Shown: one piece after another, positions 59,063 to 64,000 of the stretch
How the letters are laid out: each line of letters starts with the position of its first letter
Position numbering within the stretch: the first letter of the stretch is position 1
Origin: Kiritimatiellia bacterium
Lineage (GTDB): Bacteria > Verrucomicrobiota > Kiritimatiellia > RFP12 > JBMNHG01
Reading direction: 5' to 3'
DNA length: 64,000 nt
NCBI GenBank assembly: GCA_050950285.1
Contig: JBMNHG010000002.1
Location: forward strand, 62,001 to 126,000
Position numbers and translations under genes: made by a program
The notes under the pieces: model-generated
Told to the model about the DNA's origin: nothing
The model's database searches: none
Seen by the model: the letters and a program-made list of their open reading frames with translations, nothing else

Positions 59063-61037
59063 CCGTACACGAAAAATGCGGGGCATTTTTTGCGCCGGTT
59101 GCTCCGCTGATGCGGTGCGCCGCCGGTCGAGCGTTGCCATGAATGTGATCGTGATGACCGGAGGTGCTTAATGTTCGTTGTATCGCCTACGCGGTATGTT
59201 ACGCCGCAAGCGGAGCATGCGTCGCGCCTACCGCTCCAGCGAATGCTCCGTTACGCGCGTCGAAAGGGCTGCAAGGCTCACGCCTCGACATTTGACAAAC
59301 GGGGAACGTTCGAGGAGCCGACCGGCGGCGGCGGCGGCCTGCCGCCCTTCCGCGTCACCGTTCCGTCGGTCGACGTCGACTGGGCGGGCTTTGCCGGTCC
59401 GGCGGACGAAAACGGGGAGGAGGCCCGCTTCGTCGTCGTGCCGCTCAACACCAACAAGGCGGACGACATCCGCGGGATCAAGCTCCACGACCCCTTCGAC
59501 GACGACCAGCGAAACGACCGTCCCCGATTCCCGCATGGCAAGCCCGTCCATCCCGACATCACGCTCCATTGGGAGGCGGGGAACCCGCTCGCCCTGCTCG
59601 GGGGAACCACGGTTTACACGGACAAAATCGAGATCGACGCCGGGGAGGTCGACTGGCCCCTGGATTACGCCGTCATCCCGCGTCATTCGGCCATTTCCTT
59701 CGCCATCGCCGCCGAGGGCCAGGCCGCCGAGGGCGGCAAGGCGGTGGACATCGTCCACGGGCGCGTCGTCGACGTGGATCTCGATGTGGACGCCAACCAC
59801 GACGGCAAAATTGATGACGCCGACGAGCCTTTGGAGGTGGACCCCGGCGGCTATGTGTGCGTCTGCACGAACCACCTGACGCCAATCAAGCTGACGCTGA
59901 AGCCTGCCGGCCTGCCCGGCAAACTGACCCTCTCGGCGACGATGGGCGGCCAGCGCATTAGAGTCTGGCGGAACGCCAACCGCACCGGCCAGATCGATCT
60001 GTCCCAACGCGGCAATGTGGCGCCCGGCACGCTCTATGTCGAGGGCATTGCCTCCAGCGCGACCGCCCGCGACGTGGAGCTGCGCCTCGAATACGACGAG
60101 AACCCGCCGGGCCAGAATAACAGCCTCTTCAAGTGCGAGGACAGGGTGAAGCTGACCGTACTACTAACCCGGCCACAAATAGCGTTGCTCACGGAGATTC
60201 AGGCATTGGGAGCTGGAATTTGGAGTTGGGAAAGGGGCATGGACATTCCTGTCCGTGTCACGGGTTGGAAAACCCGTGCCCCTGTTTTGCAGTATGAATT
60301 GTAGCCGAGTTAGTAAGAGTGAATATCACGGCCTACCGTCCCACGACCGAATTACCTGCCTACGGGAATCCATTCCAGCGACACGAAGTGCCCGACGACC
60401 TGGAAGAATCGCCGGGGGCAGGAATCCGGGTCAATGGGGACACGGAATCGTCGGCGAACGAGAACGACTTGATAGAGGTGCAGCTCGACGTTGCACCGTT
60501 CCCCATTCCATCGGGGCTGACCTACGTTCTCAAGCGGAACAACTCGAATATCAAGGTATGGGACAGCCAGACCATGGGCTCCGCGTTGCTCGATTCCGGT
60601 ACGGAAGCGACGATCACGACAAGCAGTTCGCCCATGTCGGTCTGGGTCGAGAATCCAAGCGGCGGCAGTGCCGACCTTGAGCTAATCGCCCGGTCTGGGA
60701 CGACGGATGTCTGCTCCGACAAGATACACTTCTATCCCTGCTCAAGCGTGGTGGTTCTCTTCGAGGGTGAGTTCGGTGCCCCATCTGATCCGCCAGGAAG
60801 TGGTATCAGCACGCTGGCACTCGCCGCTTACACGAACGGGTATGATGTTCACGTCTATGCCGAGCCGGACCTTTTTGAAACGCCAAATACGGAAGAGGCG
60901 GCCTTTGCTGAAATCGACAGTGCCGTTGAGAATCGAGGCGTAACAGCGGTTGCTATCATTGGCTACAGCCACGGCGGGGGCTCGACTTACAACGTCTCCG
61001 TGCGGCTAGATGCCGACGCCACGGCTTTCAACCTGGC
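59063..61037 (+). repeat. Direct repeat copy B of 53215-57224
   Basis: Near-identical to copy A but lacks the IS1634 element. Confidence 0.92.
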
Positions 61038-61068
61038 GGGCCCCCATAATCGACGGAGAAAACCATGA
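59171..61068 (+). pseudogene. Orphan toxin cassette 4: constant region, MITE, 3'-truncated lipase CT (ORFs 59171-60304 and 60319-61068)
   Basis: GGAGG-6 nt-ATG start; same MITE; identity with CT3 stops at 61037, losing the predicted Asp/His region. Confidence 0.78.
60164..60313. mobile_element. Second copy of the 150-bp MITE
   Basis: TA|CTAACCCGGCCACAA ... TTGTAGCCGAGTTAG|TA; same insertion base as in cassette 3. Confidence 0.85.
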
Positions 61069-61775
61069 GAACGTTCATTTGCCTTGCAGTGATGTGTGCG
61101 ACAACGGGCTTGTGCGCAAGTGGGATTGCGGATGATGTTACCACGAACAAAACGACGACCGGTACAACAACCCCGCAGTTATCGAACATGCCGGAATCTG
61201 TACATGCGATGATTTCTCGCCTTAGCCAATTGGAGCGGGCGGCGGCTATGGGCTCCGGGAATCATGCTGAACGCGAGAAATTGAGAGAAGAAATCGACAA
61301 GGCGGGCATCGATATGACGAATAGCAATGGGGCCAATACAGTCGTTTCGACGAGGCGCGCCGAACTCCTCTCAACGCTTGCGAGTCTGTACGCAGAAAAT
61401 GGTCGTGGCGTCGGGAGTGCGGTCAATCCCACGCCCAAACAGAAACAGGCCATTGCCCGGATAAGGGAGGTGCGAAAGGACTTGGCGGAAGCGATGTCAA
61501 TCCCCGTTTGGGAGGGAGACAAGTGGATAGATGGCCGTTCTCTTGCGTTCAACAACATCGATCTGCCGAATCATGTCAAGAATGCGTTGGTACAATTGAA
61601 TTTCTGGGAGCAGAACTATGGCAGCCTTTCGATCCCTGAGGAGTTGCAGGGTGTAGTGGCAGAATCAGGTGAAGTGTCCGCTGCCATTTCCACATTCAAG
61701 AAGGAAATAGAACGGGCGGGTTTTGGTCTGGAGTTGGATCGATCTCTTTGCATTTGGAAGATAAGAAAAGATTGA
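61065..61775 (+). CDS. Exported hypothetical protein, putative orphan immunity protein
   Basis: GGAG SD; signal peptide MRTFICLAVMCATTGLCASGIA; low GC; follows cassette 4; no visible similarity to the CT3 partner. Confidence 0.65.
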   Translation: MRTFICLAVMCATTGLCASGIADDVTTNKTTTGTTTPQLSNMPESVHAMISRLSQLERAAAMGSGNHAEREKLREEIDKAGIDMTNSNGANTVVSTRRAELLSTLASLYAENGRGVGSAVNPTPKQKQAIARIREVRKDLAEAMSIPVWEGDKWIDGRSLAFNNIDLPNHVKNALVQLNFWEQNYGSLSIPEELQGVVAESGEVSAAISTFKKEIERAGFGLELDRSLCIWKIRKD

Positions 61776-61838
61776 GCAGAATTACAAGTAGGCCTGTGCC
61801 GCGAGCGATCAAGACGGTTCTTGAAGCACTACAAAAAA

Positions 61839-61850
61839 CTGGAACTTCGG
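61839..61850 (+). mobile_element. Solo IS1634-type terminal repeat
   Basis: CTGGAACTTCGG is identical to the terminal 12 nt of the IS at 55330-55341. Confidence 0.45.
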
Positions 61851-61887
61851 TTTAGACGACGATCATTCGCCGCTTCAAGGTCACACA

Positions 61888-63351
61888 TCAAGGGATTGGA
61901 CAAAATAGAGACGTACCAGATTTCCCGAAGCAGTTTCGCGGCTCAACAGTCGCCATCAGTGTGTGACCGATTGGTAACTCATTAACGCCAAGCAAGCACT
62001 CCCCGTTGTCGCTAGCCCGAGATTCAGGGAGATAATAGCCAGGATCAAGAACATAAGACCGCAATATTTCGTGCCCTGAAGAATACACCTTGACAACATA
62101 GTCGAAGGCCCTCGAAGCTCCGACACCACCGGCATGCGGGAATGAAAGCCGCACACAGGGTTTCCCCTTCAAACCCGGGCCGACACACACGGAATCTTCC
62201 CTACAGATCACCGCCGACAGCTTCGCACCCTGCGGAAATTTCGGTGCCTCACTGTGATAATGCCGACGAGCAAAGCTGTACTCACCATTCGAACTGACGG
62301 GAACAAGAATCGTCCAATCATCACCCAGCGGCTCATCAAAGGCCAACGAATGCCTCTTGACAACGAGATGATCGTGATAGACCTCGACGAACAGGCACCC
62401 GCGTCCATCATTCCCTACTTGCGGCGGACATTTCATACGCTGCTGTGCATATTCAACCGCATACGGCGCACCACCGTTGTCATACCGGACGTTCACATAG
62501 CAGGGCCCCGCCTCGGCCAACGAACCGCATCCGATCGACGTATAACGCCCTTGCCACACAGAACGTTCATCGCAAAGTGAATTATGTGAATGTCCGGACA
62601 AAGCGACTGCATTGGGGAATGATGATAAAGCGATGTTTGAGAACTCCTCTTCGATTGCACCACCGGCCTCACAATAGCATGAATGAGCCGGATGCGCATG
62701 CTGGACATAGAAAAAAGGAAGATCTTCAGGAATATCTCGCGCGAGTCTGTGAATTTCAGATTCTATTAACAGCCGTTGCGAGTCATCTACGGGGAACTGT
62801 CGTCCAATAAAAGCAATACCTTTGATGGTCCGGCGCCACATCGGCTGGTACTCTTCATGAAAGATTCGCCTCCAAGTGGCTTTCATGTGCGCCTCATCGT
62901 AATCGAAGCGAATCTGTTTCAATTCATCCACCCCGTAGCCGTTCCAGAGCCCAGGCCATTGCCCAACCTCATGATTCCCCGTCACCAACAGTCGCTCGAC
63001 ATGGCGACCATCAGCCGCACGGCGGTCTGGGAAGACACGCTCCCACACCTCCGCCAGAAGCTCAAGTTCGGCGATGCGTCCTGTGTGAGTCATGTCGCCA
63101 GGGAAAACGACCGCGTCGGCTTTCAGCGAATCGAACCACCGCAGGGCCTTCTCAAGATATTCCGGCTGCCGATCCAGATCACGGCAGTTTCCATCTCGCC
63201 ATCCACACAAAAGATGAATATCGCTTGCGACGCCAAACATGAGGAGTGGTTTCTCTCGATCAGGTTCAATCAGCGTCTTACGCCCATTCAGCATAGGCAT
63301 GCATACGCACCCTACAGTCCCACGCAGGAAGTTCAATCGGGATGTTCTCAC
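61888..63351 (-). CDS. Calcineurin-like metallophosphoesterase with Tat-like signal
   Basis: SDIH, GDMT, GNHE, HAH, GHSH motifs; AGGAG then GTG at 63351 giving MRTSRLNFLRG. Confidence 0.88.
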   Translation of the reverse strand: MRTSRLNFLRGTVGCVCMPMLNGRKTLIEPDREKPLLMFGVASDIHLLCGWRDGNCRDLDRQPEYLEKALRWFDSLKADAVVFPGDMTHTGRIAELELLAEVWERVFPDRRAADGRHVERLLVTGNHEVGQWPGLWNGYGVDELKQIRFDYDEAHMKATWRRIFHEEYQPMWRRTIKGIAFIGRQFPVDDSQRLLIESEIHRLARDIPEDLPFFYVQHAHPAHSCYCEAGGAIEEEFSNIALSSFPNAVALSGHSHNSLCDERSVWQGRYTSIGCGSLAEAGPCYVNVRYDNGGAPYAVEYAQQRMKCPPQVGNDGRGCLFVEVYHDHLVVKRHSLAFDEPLGDDWTILVPVSSNGEYSFARRHYHSEAPKFPQGAKLSAVICREDSVCVGPGLKGKPCVRLSFPHAGGVGASRAFDYVVKVYSSGHEILRSYVLDPGYYLPESRASDNGECLLGVNELPIGHTLMATVEPRNCFGKSGTSLFCPIP

Positions 63352-63352
63352 A

Positions 63353-64000
63353 TCACTCCTGTCTGCGAGGTAGTCCATACCAGGCACACTCAGCCATGAA
63401 GAATTCACTGATGTTCAAAGTGCGGTAGTCGTAATGGCGAATGACACGAGACACTATCTCGCGATACTTCTCGTCACCGGAGAGGCCCAGTATCATTGCA
63501 TGCGAAAGAGGCTTTGTCATCTGGCTTCTTTCGTAGCCCTTACGAAATCCGAGTATATTCGGATCACCCGAGGAAGCGACACGCTCCGCGATTTTCTGTG
63601 TGGTCTGCCTCTCCCATTTATAGCCCGTTCGCCAATTGCCATACTTGAACGGCATTTCGACAACCGTGTTGTCATAACCAAGGCGTGACGGAATATTCAA
63701 AGCGGCGTGCTCGGCATTGCGCAAAAGGCCACGACGATAACGCGCCTTCAGAAACGGATCGCTCTCCATGCGAACAAGTTCAGCCAGGCACCCCTGGGCA
63801 CAGACGTAAATCCACAGACCGGCATCCTCAACCGGGAATGACGGCATATCAAGGACATAGCCTTCCTCGCAAACCCTCCATCGCGGCAAAATCGTTCCCG
63901 GAGTCTTTTCGTCCTTCGCATGAATATATTTCGCCAACCATCCTGAATACGGATCAATCTCATCCAGCATGCGAAGCAAATAGAGGTAATGAGACGCATT
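63353..64000 (-). CDS. Hypothetical protein, C-terminal part (starts beyond the right edge)
   Basis: Open frame to the window edge; stop abuts the next gene start. Confidence 0.65.
   Translation of the reverse strand, partial: NASHYLYLLRMLDEIDPYSGWLAKYIHAKDEKTPGTILPRWRVCEEGYVLDMPSFPVEDAGLWIYVCAQGCLAELVRMESDPFLKARYRRGLLRNAEHAALNIPSRLGYDNTVVEMPFKYGNWRTGYKWERQTTQKIAERVASSGDPNILGFRKGYERSQMTKPLSHAMILGLSGDEKYREIVSRVIRHYDYRTLNISEFFMAECAWYGLPRRQE

Noticed and set aside
47177..61037. Diversity-generating retroelement as the source of the repeats
   Set aside because: No reverse transcriptase in the window; differences between copies are block swaps and ordinary substitutions, not adenine-specific changes.
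49508..61850. Integron cassette array
   Set aside because: No integrase and no recognisable attC (RYYYAAC...GTTRRRY) sites between genes; units are linked by long coding repeats.

Overview
High-GC bacterial window, by gene content probably PVC superphylum (Kiritimatiellae/Lentisphaerae-like; inference). Positions 1-44.5 kb are mostly ordinary chromosome: a partial sulfatase, ExbD-like gene, proC, a surface-polysaccharide cluster, sugar-binding protein, three URO-D-family proteins, dnaG, L,D-transpeptidase, tRNA-Thr(TGT), prmC, a Ser/Thr kinase and a DUF3857/transglutaminase protein. The standout is 44.77-61.8 kb, which has the architecture of a polymorphic toxin-immunity locus on an unfamiliar carrier. 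A long, apparently exported TPR protein (two +1 frameshifts in this sequence) carries Asp-rich Ig-like repeats and ends in a papain-like Cys-His domain followed by a signal-peptide gene. Three downstream cassettes repeat about 0.9 kb of the carrier nearly verbatim but end in different lower-GC C-termini (transglutaminase-like, GxSxG lipase, truncated lipase), each followed by its own putative immunity gene(s). The locus also records its history: mosaic constant regions, a 150-bp TA-flanked MITE interrupting both lipase cassettes at the same base, a complete IS1634-family element inserted between an RBS and its ATG, and a solo IS end at the right border. No CRISPR array, rRNA, integrase or reverse transcriptase was seen. 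All family assignments are by-eye motif recognition; no searches were run.
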